Shown in pieces: positions 31,736 to 41,600 of a stretch of DNA of 45,266 nucleotides. The translations under genes were made by a program, and so were the position numbers. Numbering within the stretch: the first letter of the stretch is position 1; each line of letters begins with the position of its first letter. The stretch comes from a virus (Duplodnaviria; Heunggongvirae; Uroviricota; Caudoviricetes), in IMG/VR virus record IMGVR_UViG_2531839130_000013; one strand, given 5' to 3'. The notes beneath the pieces were generated by a model that ran no database searches, had not been told where the DNA came from, and saw only the letters and a list, made by a program, of their open reading frames with translations.

Positions 31736-34700
31736 CCTTGTTATTGATTTAAGTGTTGATACGGCTGATTTTAAGGAACAGCTTCCGCGTATTAAAGCGC
31801 AACTCAATGGTACCGCCAGCGAAGCGGCGCGCGCAGAAGCGCGGGTCAGACAGTTTGAAGCGAGTCAGAAGCAGGCGGCGACTACCGCGGTGAAACAGAC
31901 TCAGGCACTGGCGGGGAATGCGCAGGCGCATGTTTCGTTGTCAGAGGATGTGGAACAGACCCGTCAGCGACTTGATGCCCTGAACCGGAAAATGCGTGAG
32001 GAGCAGGCGCAGGCGGCGGCACTGGCTGCTGCTCAGGATAAAGCCGCTGCTGCATTTTATCGTCAGATTGACAGTGTGAAACAGGCGGGGGCCGGACTGC
32101 AGGAGCTGCAGCGTATTCAGCAGCAGGTCCGTCAGGCCAGAAACAATGGTGGCATCGCGCAGCAGGATTATCTGGCGTTAATCTCCGAAGTGACGGCAAA
32201 AACCCGCGTGCTGGCTCAGGCTGAAGAATCCGCCACCCGCCAGAAGACGGCCTTTATCCGGCGGCTGAAGGAGCAGGTATCCGCTCAAAATCTTTCATCC
32301 ACGGAGCTGCTCAGGGCAAAAGCCGCGCAGCTGGGTGTCAGTAGTGCGGCTGAGGTGTATATCAGCAAAATGGAAAAAGCCGGGAAGGTCACGCATTCGC
32401 TGGGGCTGAAAAGTGCGGCGGCCCGCCAGGAGATAGGTGTTCTGATAGGTGAAATTGCCCGGGGTAATTTCGGTGCGCTTCGTGGCTCCGGGATCACCCT
32501 GGCTAACCGTGCCGGATGGATTGACGCGCTGATGTCCCCGAAAGGCATGGCTGTCGGCGGGGTTATCGGTGGACTCACTGCTGCTGTTGTCGGGCTGGGA
32601 AAGGCCTGGTATGACGGTCAGAAGGAGGGGGAGGTGTTTAATCGTCAGCTGGCGTTGACAGGGCATTATGCGGGCATCACTACCGGACAGCTGTGGACTC
32701 TCAGTCGCGCCATTTCCGGGAATGGTATCACGCAACATGCTGCAGCCAGTGCGCTGGCTCAGGCGGTTGGCAGCGGTGCATTTCGTGGAGGTGATATCGC
32801 CATGGTGGCGAAAGCTGCCGCGCAAATGGAAAGTTCAGTGGGGCAGTCTGTCAGCGACACCATCAGTCAGTTTAAGCGACTGAAGGATGACCCGGTAAAT
32901 GCAGCCAGGACGCTGGATAATGAACTGCATTTCCTGACTGCCACCCAGCTTGAACAAATCCGTGTTCTCGGGGAACAGGGGCGTGCCAGTGATGCTGCCC
33001 GGATCGCCATGTCAGCGCTGGCAGAGGAAACCGGTAAACGCACATCTGATATTGATAATAATCTCAATGCGCTGGGCAGTACGCTGCAAACCTTATCTGA
33101 CTGGTGGAAGCAGTTCTGGGATGCCGCCATGAATATCGGGCGTAATGATTCCCTTGATGCGCAGATTGCGGCGCTGCAGGAAAAAATTCAGCGTGCGAAA
33201 AAATCGCCCTGGACAAATGCATCCACCACAGTGGAATACGACCAGCAGCGCCTTGATGAACTTCAGGAGAAAAAGCGCCAGAAAGATTTACAGGATGCAA
33301 AAGAGCAGGCAGAGCGGAATTATCAGGAGCAACAGAAACGCCGGAATGCTGAAAATGCCGCGCTGAACCGGATGAACGAAACGGAAGCGGCACGACATCA
33401 GCGTGAAATTGCGCGTATTAATGCCATGCAGTACGCAGATCAGTCGGTCAGGGACGCAGCGATACAGCGTGAAAATAAACGTCACAAAAAAGCCATTAAG
33501 AAAGAAACGCCTGCCACCCGTAATGATGAGGCCACCCGGTTATTACTGCAGTACAGCCAGCAACAGGCGCAGGTGGAGGGGCAGATCGCCGCCGCCAGAC
33601 AGTCCGCGGGACTGACCACGAAAAAAATGACGGAAGCGCATAAGCAGCTTCTGGCCCTGCAGCAGCGTATCAGTGATTTAGCCGGTAAAAAGCTGACGGC
33701 AGATGAAAAAAGCGTGCTGGCGCATAAGGATGAACTGATTCAGGCGCTGACGCTGCTGGATGCAAAACAGCAGGAGCTGCAGAAGCAGACGGCGCTGAAT
33801 GACCTTAAGAAAAAATCCATTCAGCTTGCCAGCCAGCTGGCGGAAGAGGAGCGGGTTCTGCGTCAGCAACATGACCTGGATATCGCCACGACAGGGATGG
33901 GGGATAAACAGCGTCAGCGATACCAGGCACAGTTCAGTCTGCAACAAAAATATCAGCAGCAGCGGGAACAGTTGGAGCGTGACAGTAAGCGGAAAGGAAC
34001 ATATGGCACAGATGAATACCGGAATGCTGAGCAGACGCTGACAGACAGTCTTAACCGGCAACTGAACGAAAACAGACGCTACTGGCAGGAGCAGGAACTG
34101 ATGCAGGCAGACTGGAAAAACGGTGCCATGCGGGCGTTTCAGAATTTTACGGCAGATGCGGATAATGCGGCAGGAACTGCTGAGCAGATGTTTACAGCGG
34201 CATTTAACAGTGCAGGTAATGCACTGGCGACGTTCTGCACGACAGGTAAACTGAATTTCAAATCCTTTACCGCCTCGCTTCTTTCCGACCTGGCAAAAAT
34301 CATGGCGCAGATGGCCATTATGCAGGCGGTGAAGGGGATTGGTTCGGCGTTTGGCTGGGGGAGCGCATCCGCTGCCAGTGTGACGCCCAATGCGGATGGC
34401 GGTGTTTATCAGTCTGCGGATTTGAGCCGTTACAGTGGCTCAGTGGTTAACCGCCCGACGTTTTTTGCCTTTGCAAAAGGCGCGGGGGTGATGGGAGAAG
34501 CGGGGCCTGAAGCCATTCTGCCACTGCGTCGTGGTGCCGACGGTAAGCTGGGTGTTGTGGCGGATATTGGTGGTTCAGGCATGGTGATGTTTGCCCCGCA
34601 GTACAACATCGCGATCAATAACGACGGTACGAACGGGCAGATAGGTCCGGCTGCCCTGAAGGTGGTTTATGACCTCGGGAAAAAAGCTGCAGCGGACTTT

Positions 34701-34751
34701 ATGCAACAGCAGTCCCGTGATGGCGGTCAGTTAAGCGGAGTGTATCGGTAA
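31719..34751 (+). CDS. H: Tail tape measure protein (lambda H-like)
   Basis: 1010 aa, coiled-coil-rich, position between G/T and M. Confidence 0.9.
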   Translation: MSQIADLVIDLSVDTADFKEQLPRIKAQLNGTASEAARAEARVRQFEASQKQAATTAVKQTQALAGNAQAHVSLSEDVEQTRQRLDALNRKMREEQAQAAALAAAQDKAAAAFYRQIDSVKQAGAGLQELQRIQQQVRQARNNGGIAQQDYLALISEVTAKTRVLAQAEESATRQKTAFIRRLKEQVSAQNLSSTELLRAKAAQLGVSSAAEVYISKMEKAGKVTHSLGLKSAAARQEIGVLIGEIARGNFGALRGSGITLANRAGWIDALMSPKGMAVGGVIGGLTAAVVGLGKAWYDGQKEGEVFNRQLALTGHYAGITTGQLWTLSRAISGNGITQHAAASALAQAVGSGAFRGGDIAMVAKAAAQMESSVGQSVSDTISQFKRLKDDPVNAARTLDNELHFLTATQLEQIRVLGEQGRASDAARIAMSALAEETGKRTSDIDNNLNALGSTLQTLSDWWKQFWDAAMNIGRNDSLDAQIAALQEKIQRAKKSPWTNASTTVEYDQQRLDELQEKKRQKDLQDAKEQAERNYQEQQKRRNAENAALNRMNETEAARHQREIARINAMQYADQSVRDAAIQRENKRHKKAIKKETPATRNDEATRLLLQYSQQQAQVEGQIAAARQSAGLTTKKMTEAHKQLLALQQRISDLAGKKLTADEKSVLAHKDELIQALTLLDAKQQELQKQTALNDLKKKSIQLASQLAEEERVLRQQHDLDIATTGMGDKQRQRYQAQFSLQQKYQQQREQLERDSKRKGTYGTDEYRNAEQTLTDSLNRQLNENRRYWQEQELMQADWKNGAMRAFQNFTADADNAAGTAEQMFTAAFNSAGNALATFCTTGKLNFKSFTASLLSDLAKIMAQMAIMQAVKGIGSAFGWGSASAASVTPNADGGVYQSADLSRYSGSVVNRPTFFAFAKGAGVMGEAGPEAILPLRRGADGKLGVVADIGGSGMVMFAPQYNIAINNDGTNGQIGPAALKVVYDLGKKAAADFMQQQSRDGGQLSGVYR

Positions 34752-35080
34752 TGGAGACGTTTCACTGGAAAATTCGTCCTGATATGACAGTTGCATCGGA
34801 ACCGAAGGTGTTGACGGTAAAGCTGGGGGATGGCTATGAACAGCGGCGACCGGCAGGACTGAATAATTTATTGTCTGTTTACAGTGTGACTATCCGGATA
34901 CGTAAAGGAGAACATCAGTCACTGGAGGATTTTCTGGCGCGGCATGGCGGTGTCAGGGCGTTTCAGTGGGTGCCGCCTTATGGCTGGAAACCAGTCATGG
35001 TGGTTTGTCGTAAATGGTCGACACGCGTTGGGGCGTTATGGGTGACTGTAACGGCAGATTTTGAGCAGGTGGTGAACTGA
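34751..35080 (+). CDS. M: Minor tail protein M-like
   Basis: 109 aa; position and size as lambda gpM. Confidence 0.85.
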   Translation: METFHWKIRPDMTVASEPKVLTVKLGDGYEQRRPAGLNNLLSVYSVTIRIRKGEHQSLEDFLARHGGVRAFQWVPPYGWKPVMVVCRKWSTRVGALWVTVTADFEQVVN

Positions 35081-35778
35081 TGCAGGATATACAGCAGGAA
35101 ACACTGAATGAATGCACCCGTGCGGAGCAGTCGGCCAGCGTGGTGCTCTGGGAAATCGATCTGACAGAGGTCGGTGGAGAACGTTATTTTTTCTGTAATG
35201 AGCAGAACGAAAAAGGTGAGCCGGTCACCTGGCAGGGGCGACAGTATCAGGCGTATCCCATTCAGGGGAGTGGTTTTGAACTGAATGGCAAGGGCAGTGC
35301 TGCCCGTCCGACACTGACGGTTTCTAACCTGCACGGCATGGTCACCGGGATGGCGGAAGACCTGCAGAGTCTGGTCGGCGGAACGGTGGTCAGGCGTAAG
35401 GTTTACGCCCGTTTTCTGGATGCGGTGAACTTCGTCAACGGAAACAGTGACGCCGATCCGGAGCAGGAGGTGATCAGCCGCTGGCGCATTGAGCAGTGCA
35501 GCGAACTGAGCGCGGTGAGTGCCTCTTTTGTACTGTCCACGCCGACGGAAACGGACGGCGCTGTTTTTCCGGGACGTATCATGCTGGCCAACACCTGCAC
35601 CTGGACCTATCGCGGTGATGAGTGCGGTTATCACGGTCCGGCTGTCGCGGATGAATATGACCAGCCGACGTCCGATATCACGAAGGATAAATGCAGCAAA
35701 TGCCTGAGTGGCTGTAAGTTTCGCAATAACGTCTGCAACTTTGGCGGCTTCCTTTCCATTAACAAACTTTCGCAGTAA
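35080..35778 (+). CDS. L: Minor tail protein L-like
   Basis: Near-identical to lambda gpL as recalled (MQDIQQETLNECTRAEQSASVVLWEIDLTEVGGERYFFCNEQNEKGEPVTWQGRQYQ...). Confidence 0.9.
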   Translation: MQDIQQETLNECTRAEQSASVVLWEIDLTEVGGERYFFCNEQNEKGEPVTWQGRQYQAYPIQGSGFELNGKGSAARPTLTVSNLHGMVTGMAEDLQSLVGGTVVRRKVYARFLDAVNFVNGNSDADPEQEVISRWRIEQCSELSAVSASFVLSTPTETDGAVFPGRIMLANTCTWTYRGDECGYHGPAVADEYDQPTSDITKDKCSKCLSGCKFRNNVCNFGGFLSINKLSQ

Positions 35779-35782
35779 TCCC

Positions 35783-36526
35783 ATGACAGAGACAGAATCA
35801 GCGATTCTGGCGCACGCCCGGCGATGTGCGCCAGCGGAGTCGTGCGGCTTCGTGGTGAGAACGCCGGAGGGGGAAAGATATTTTCCCTGCGTGAATATCT
35901 CCGGTGAGCCGGAGGATTATTTCCGGATGGCTCCGGAGGACTGGCTGCAGGCAGAAATGCAGGGTGAGATTGTGGCGCTGGTCCACAGTCATCCCGGTGG
36001 TCTGCCCTGGCTGAGTGATGCTGATCGGCGGCTGCAGGTGCAGAGTGATTTGCCGTGGTGGCTGGTCTGCCGGGGGGCGATTCATAAGTTCCGCTGTGTG
36101 CCGCATCTCACCGGGCGGCGCTTTGAGCACGGGTCGACGGACTGTTACACGCTGTTCCGGGATGCTTATCATCTGGCGGGGATTGAGATGCCGGATTTTC
36201 ATCGCGGGTATGACTGGTGGCGTAACGGTCAGAATCTCTATCTTGACAATATGGAGGCAACGGGTTTTTACCGTGTCGCACTGACAGAGGCGCAGCCGGG
36301 CGATGTGCTGCTGTGCTGTTTTGGTTCATCGGTGCCGAATCATGCCGCCATTTACTGTGGTGATGGCGAGCTGCTGCACCATATTCCTGAACAACTGAGC
36401 AAACGAGAGAGGTATACCGACAAATGGCAGCGACGCACACACTCCCTCTGGCGTCACCGGGCATGGCGCGCATCTGCCTTTACGGGGATTTGCAACGATT
36501 TGGCCGCCGCATCGACCTTCGTGTGA
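35783..36526 (+). CDS. K: Tail assembly protein K-like (JAMM/MPN plus NlpC/P60-like domains)
   Basis: HSHP JAMM motif and downstream Cys/His peptidase-like motifs; start set at MTETESAIL after the L stop. Confidence 0.85.
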   Translation: MTETESAILAHARRCAPAESCGFVVRTPEGERYFPCVNISGEPEDYFRMAPEDWLQAEMQGEIVALVHSHPGGLPWLSDADRRLQVQSDLPWWLVCRGAIHKFRCVPHLTGRRFEHGSTDCYTLFRDAYHLAGIEMPDFHRGYDWWRNGQNLYLDNMEATGFYRVALTEAQPGDVLLCCFGSSVPNHAAIYCGDGELLHHIPEQLSKRERYTDKWQRRTHSLWRHRAWRASAFTGICNDLAAASTFV

Positions 36527-37095
36527 AAACGGGGGCTGAAGCCATCCGCGCACTGGCCACACAGCTCCCGGTGTTTCGTCAGAAACTGAGCGACGGCTGG
36601 TATCAGGTACGGATTGCCGGGCGGGACGTCAGCACGTCCGGGTTAACGGCGCAGTTACATGAGACTCTGCCTGATGGCGCTGTGATTCATATTGTTCCCA
36701 GAGTCGCCGGGGCCAAGTCAGGTGGCGTATTCCAGATTGTTCTGGGGGCTGCCGCCATTGCCGGATCATTCTTTACCGCCGGGGCCACCCTTGCAGCATG
36801 GGGGGCAGCCATTGGGGCCGGTGGTATGACCGGCATCCTGTTTTCTCTCGGTGCCAGTATGGTGCTCGGTGGTGTGGCGCAGATGCTGGCACCGAAAGCC
36901 AGAACTCCCCGTACACAGACAACGGATAACGGCAAACAGAACACCTATTTCTCCTCACTGGATAACATGGTTGCCCAGGGCAATGTTCTGCCGGTTCTGT
37001 ACGGTGAAATGCGCGTGGGGTCGCGGGTGGTCTCTCAGGAGATCAGCACGGCAGACGAAGGGGATGGTGGTCAGGTTGTGGTGATTGGTCGCTGA
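36424..37095 (+). CDS. I: Tail assembly protein I-like
   Basis: 223 aa with glycine/alanine-rich hydrophobic central region as in lambda gpI; 5' overlap with K suggests the real start may be the Met at 36463. Confidence 0.75.
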   Translation: MAATHTLPLASPGMARICLYGDLQRFGRRIDLRVKTGAEAIRALATQLPVFRQKLSDGWYQVRIAGRDVSTSGLTAQLHETLPDGAVIHIVPRVAGAKSGGVFQIVLGAAAIAGSFFTAGATLAAWGAAIGAGGMTGILFSLGASMVLGGVAQMLAPKARTPRTQTTDNGKQNTYFSSLDNMVAQGNVLPVLYGEMRVGSRVVSQEISTADEGDGGQVVVIGR

Positions 37096-37155
37096 TGCAA
37101 AATGTTTTATGTGAAACCGCCTCCGGGCGGTTTTGTCGTTTATGGAGCGTGAGGA

Positions 37156-40100
37156 ATGGGTAAAAGCAGCAGTAAGGGGCACACTCCGCGCGAAGCGAAG
37201 GACAACCTGAAGTCCACGCAGTTGCTGAGTGTGATCGATGCCATCAGCGAAGGGCCGGTTGAAGGTCCGGTGGATGGATTAAAAAGCGTGCTGCTGAACA
37301 GTACGCCAGTGCTGGACAGTGAGGGGAATACCAATATCTCCGGCGTCACGGTGGTGTTCCGGGCCGGTGAGCAGGAGCAGACACCGCCGGAGGGATTTGA
37401 ATCCTCCGGCTCCGAGACGGTGCTGGGTACGGAAGTGAAATACGACACGCCGATCACCCGGACCATCACGTCGGCAAACATTGACCGACTGCGTTTTACC
37501 TTCGGTGTGCAGGCACTGGTGGAAACCACCTCAAAGGGAGACCGGAATCCGTCGGAAGTCCGCCTGCTGGTTCAGATACAACGTAACGGTAGCTGGGTGA
37601 CGGAAAAAGACATCACCATTAAGGGCAAAACCACCTCGCAGTATCTGGCCTCGGTGGTGGTGGATAACCTGCCGCCGCGCCCGTTTAATATCCGGATGCG
37701 CAGGACGACGCCGGACAGCACCACAGACCAGCTGCAGAACAAAACGCTCTGGTCGTCATACACCGAAATCATCGATGTGAAACAGTGCTACCCGAACACG
37801 GCACTGGTCGGCGTGCAGGTGGACTCGGAGCAGTTCGGCAGCCAGCAGGTGAGCCGTAATTATCATCTTCGCGGGCGTATTCTGCAGGTGCCGTCGAACT
37901 ATAACCCGCAGACGCGGCAATACAGCGGTATCTGGGACGGAACGTTTAAGCCAGCATACAGCAATAACATGGCCTGGTGTCTGTGGGATATGCTGACCCA
38001 TCCACGCTACGGCATGGGGAAACGTCTTGGTGCGGCGGATGTGGACAAATGGGCGCTGTATGTCATCGGCCAGTACTGCGACCAGTCAGTGCCGGACGGC
38101 TTTGGCGGCACGGAGCCGCGCATCACCTGTAATGCGTACCTGACCACACAGCGCAAGGCGTGGGATGTGCTCAGTGATTTCTGCTCGGCGATGCGCTGTA
38201 TGCCGGTATGGAACGGGCAGACGCTGACGTTCGTGCAGGACCGACCATCAGATAAGGTGTGGACCTATAACCGCAGTAATGTGGTGATGCCGGATGATGG
38301 CGCGCCGTTCCGCTACAGCTTCAGCGCCCTCAAGGACCGCCATAATGCCGTTGAGGTGAACTGGATTGACCCGGATAACGGCTGGGAGACGGCGACAGAG
38401 CTTGTGGAGGACACGCAGGCCATTCTCCGTTACGGTCGTAACGTCACGAAGATGGATGCTTTTGGCTGTACCAGCCGGGGGCAGGCACACCGCGCCGGGC
38501 TGTGGCTGATTAAAACAGAACTGCTGGAAACGCAGACCGTGGATTTCAGCGTCGGCGCAGAAGGGCTTCGCCATGTACCGGGCGATGTCATTGAAATCTG
38601 CGATGATGACTATGCCGGTATCCGCACCGGCGGGCGCGTGCTGGCGGTAAACAGCCAGACCCAGACGCTGACGCTCGACCGTGAAATCACGCTGCCATCC
38701 TCCGGTACCACGCTGATAAGCCTGGTTGACGGAAGTGGCAATCCGGTCAGCGTGGAGGTTCAGTCCGTCACCGACGGCGTGAAGGTAAAAGTGAGCCGTG
38801 TTCCTGACGGTGTTGCTGAATACAGCGTATGGGGGCTGAAGCTGCCGACGTTGCGCCAGCGCCTGTTCCGCTGTGTGAGTATTCGTGAGAACGATGACGG
38901 CACGCATGCCATCACTGCCGTGCAGCATGTACCGGAAAAAGAAGCCATCGTGGATAACGGGGCGCACTTTGACGGCGACCAGAGCGGCACGGTGAATGGT
39001 GTCACGCCGCCAGCGGTGCAGCACCTGACTGCCGAAGTCACTGCAGACAGCGGGGAGTATCAGGTACTGGCCCGCTGGGACACGCCGAAGGTGGTGAAGG
39101 GCGTGAGCTTCCTGCTTCGCCTGACTGTAACAGCGGATGACGGCAGTGAGCGGCTGGTCAGCACGGCCCGGACGACGGAAACCACTTACCGCTTCACACA
39201 ACTGGCGCTGGGGAACTACAGGCTGACAGTCCGGGCGGTAAATGCGTGGGGACAGCAGGGCGATCCTGCCACCACCACCTTCCGGATTAACGCACCTGCA
39301 AAACCCGCCACCATTGAGCTGACGCCGGGGTATTTTCAGATAACGGCGGTCCCGCGTCTTGCGGTGTATGACCCGACGGTACAGTTTGAATTCTGGTTCT
39401 CAGAAAAACGCATCACGAACACAGCACAGGTGGAAAAATCTGCCCGTTATCTGGGGGCCGGCAGTCAGTGGACTGTCCAGGGGAGCCGGATTAAGCCGGG
39501 GACGGATTTCTGGTTTTACGTGCGAAGCGTCAACCTGGTGGGAAAATCTGCTTTTGTGGAAGCCAGCGGGCAGCCCAGCAATGATGGTGAAGGGTATCTG
39601 GAAATTTTCCGGGGGCTGATAGATGAGACGCTTCTTGGTCAGGCACTGAAAGAGCGCATTGATGCTTCAGCGCTGCGTACGGAGGTCACGCAACTGGAAG
39701 AAGACATCCGTCAGCGGATGGACACGGATATCGCAGAAGTGACCCGGAAAATCGGGAAGGCGGAAAACACTCTCACGCAGCTGGTTGCGAAAAAGAATGA
39801 GGACCAGGCACTGGCCATCGCGCAGGTGAACCAGAAAGTGGACCGGGTGAGCAGTGAAATCTCACAGACTGTCAGCCAGGGGCAGTCAGAAAACGCCCGA
39901 CAGATAGCACAGGTCCGCCAGTACGTGGATAAAAAAGGGAGTGAAATTACCTCGACCACGGATAAAAAGCTGGGTGACCAGGCCGTGACCATACAGCAAA
40001 TCCAGCGGGTTCAGTCAGACACGCGCAATGAGCTGAATGCCATGTATATGCTGAAGGTGCAGAAAACAAAAAACGGTATTCCCTATGTGGCCGGTATTGG

Positions 40101-40857
40101 TGCAGGGATTGAGGATGTTGATGGTCAGACCCTGAGTAACATTCTGCTGCAGGCCGATCGCATTGCGATGATTACCCCGGAGAACGGTAACACCACGCCG
40201 CTGTTTGTGGCGCAGGGGAATCAGCTGTTCATGAACGACGTGTTCCTGAAGCGACTATTTGCGGTGAGCATCACGTCATCCGGTAATCCTCCGGCATTCT
40301 CCATGACACCGGACGGGCGGCTGACGGCGAGAAATGCTGATATCAGCGGTAACGTGAATGCGAATTCCGGGACGCTCAACAACGTCACGATTAATCAGAA
40401 CTGCCGGATCCTTGGAAAACTGTCAGCCAGCCAGATTGAAGGCGATATTGTCAAAACGGTGGGTAAGGCTTTCCCGCGAAATGGAAGTTATGCCAGTGGC
40501 ACTATAACCGTCACGGTTTATGATGATCAGGGATTCGACCGGCAGATTATCATTCCGCCGGTATTATTTCGTGGTACGAAACACCAGAATTTCAACAGTC
40601 ATAACCAACAGTCATACTGGTATTCCACCTGCAAGCTGCAGGTGTTTAAAAACGGGGCTGAGATTTTCCATGAACCGGCAACGGATGTCAGCCGGGTGTT
40701 CTCATCGGTGATAGATATGCCGGCAGGACGGGGTCATGTCACCCTGACGTTTAATGTGTCGTCGACCGGCGCGAACAAATGGACGCCGACAACGTACATC
40801 AGCGATTTACTGGTGGTGGTCATGAAAAAATCCACGGCAGGAATCAGTATCAGCTGA
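37156..40857 (+). CDS. J: Host specificity protein J (central tail fibre)
   Basis: 1233 aa; N-terminus [45 protein letters not shown] typical of lambda gpJ; C-terminal part longer than in lambda. Confidence 0.9.
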   Translation: MGKSSSKGHTPREAKDNLKSTQLLSVIDAISEGPVEGPVDGLKSVLLNSTPVLDSEGNTNISGVTVVFRAGEQEQTPPEGFESSGSETVLGTEVKYDTPITRTITSANIDRLRFTFGVQALVETTSKGDRNPSEVRLLVQIQRNGSWVTEKDITIKGKTTSQYLASVVVDNLPPRPFNIRMRRTTPDSTTDQLQNKTLWSSYTEIIDVKQCYPNTALVGVQVDSEQFGSQQVSRNYHLRGRILQVPSNYNPQTRQYSGIWDGTFKPAYSNNMAWCLWDMLTHPRYGMGKRLGAADVDKWALYVIGQYCDQSVPDGFGGTEPRITCNAYLTTQRKAWDVLSDFCSAMRCMPVWNGQTLTFVQDRPSDKVWTYNRSNVVMPDDGAPFRYSFSALKDRHNAVEVNWIDPDNGWETATELVEDTQAILRYGRNVTKMDAFGCTSRGQAHRAGLWLIKTELLETQTVDFSVGAEGLRHVPGDVIEICDDDYAGIRTGGRVLAVNSQTQTLTLDREITLPSSGTTLISLVDGSGNPVSVEVQSVTDGVKVKVSRVPDGVAEYSVWGLKLPTLRQRLFRCVSIRENDDGTHAITAVQHVPEKEAIVDNGAHFDGDQSGTVNGVTPPAVQHLTAEVTADSGEYQVLARWDTPKVVKGVSFLLRLTVTADDGSERLVSTARTTETTYRFTQLALGNYRLTVRAVNAWGQQGDPATTTFRINAPAKPATIELTPGYFQITAVPRLAVYDPTVQFEFWFSEKRITNTAQVEKSARYLGAGSQWTVQGSRIKPGTDFWFYVRSVNLVGKSAFVEASGQPSNDGEGYLEIFRGLIDETLLGQALKERIDASALRTEVTQLEEDIRQRMDTDIAEVTRKIGKAENTLTQLVAKKNEDQALAIAQVNQKVDRVSSEISQTVSQGQSENARQIAQVRQYVDKKGSEITSTTDKKLGDQAVTIQQIQRVQSDTRNELNAMYMLKVQKTKNGIPYVAGIGAGIEDVDGQTLSNILLQADRIAMITPENGNTTPLFVAQGNQLFMNDVFLKRLFAVSITSSGNPPAFSMTPDGRLTARNADISGNVNANSGTLNNVTINQNCRILGKLSASQIEGDIVKTVGKAFPRNGSYASGTITVTVYDDQGFDRQIIIPPVLFRGTKHQNFNSHNQQSYWYSTCKLQVFKNGAEIFHEPATDVSRVFSSVIDMPAGRGHVTLTFNVSSTGANKWTPTTYISDLLVVVMKKSTAGISIS

Positions 40858-40876
40858 CGATTTATTAACCCGGAGG

Positions 40877-40900
40877 GGCACCCGAAGCGGTGCCTTTTTT
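40877..40900 (+). terminator. Intrinsic terminator after J
   Basis: ggcacc-cgaagc-ggtgcc followed by TTTTTT. Confidence 0.55.
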
Positions 40901-40924
40901 ATTGACTGAAAACGAGAGGTAATC

Positions 40925-41536
40925 ATGCGCCATATTTTATTTTTTGTCGCTTTTCTGGCAGGAATGGCCCTTCCTGCGCAGGCTGAAGTCGGACACGGTG
41001 CGTTTTCCGTGGGATATGCTCAGGTTCACCCGGGCGGCGTGCCGGCATTGTCCGGTACCGGTGCCCGTACAGGTGATTTAAAAGGGATTAACGTGAAATA
41101 CCGTTATGAATTCACGGACCATGCGGGTGGTATTGTTTCGCTGAGTTATGCGTCGGCGAAAAAAAGCGACACGATGAAGACGGGTGAAAATACGCTCCAT
41201 TATGAAAGCCTGCGCGGTCGTTATGTGAGTCTGATGGCCGGCCCTGTCTGGCAGGTCAGTGAGCAGGTCAGTCTCTATGGCACGGCTGGGATGGCTTACA
41301 CCCGCTGGTCTGACAGTGTTCAGGATTACCGACGTGATGAATTGAAACCGGGGTATGTGAAGGAGACGACCACCGCCAGTGATGGCTATACCGCACGACA
41401 CCTGTCGCTGGCATGGGGTGCGGGTCTTCAGTTCAGCCCGGCAGAAACGGTGACTATTGACCTTGCTTATGAAGGCTCCGGCAGTGGTGACTGGCGCACT
41501 GACGGTTTCATCGTGGGTGTCGGTTATAAGTTCTGA
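40925..41536 (+). CDS. lom: Lom-like outer membrane protein (Ail/Lom/OmpX family)
   Basis: Signal peptide (FLAGMALPAQA) and beta-barrel ending in aromatic residue (GVGYKF); position between J and stf as in lambda; flanked by terminators. Confidence 0.85.
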   Translation: MRHILFFVAFLAGMALPAQAEVGHGAFSVGYAQVHPGGVPALSGTGARTGDLKGINVKYRYEFTDHAGGIVSLSYASAKKSDTMKTGENTLHYESLRGRYVSLMAGPVWQVSEQVSLYGTAGMAYTRWSDSVQDYRRDELKPGYVKETTTASDGYTARHLSLAWGAGLQFSPAETVTIDLAYEGSGSGDWRTDGFIVGVGYKF

Positions 41537-41562
41537 TTAGCCAGGTAACACAGTGTTATGAC

Positions 41563-41590
41563 AGCCCGCCGGTTCAGGCGGGCTTTTTTG
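41563..41590 (+). terminator. Intrinsic terminator after lom
   Basis: agcccgcc-ggttca-ggcgggct followed by TTTTTT. Confidence 0.6.
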
Positions 41591-41600
41591 TGGGGTGAAT

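Noticed and set aside
34978-35784. 268-aa minus-strand ORF
   Set aside because: Antisense to the near-lambda-identical L gene; no independent support.
38248-39201. 317-aa minus-strand ORF
   Set aside because: Antisense within J; Arg/His/Ala-rich translation typical of the reverse frame of GC-rich genes.
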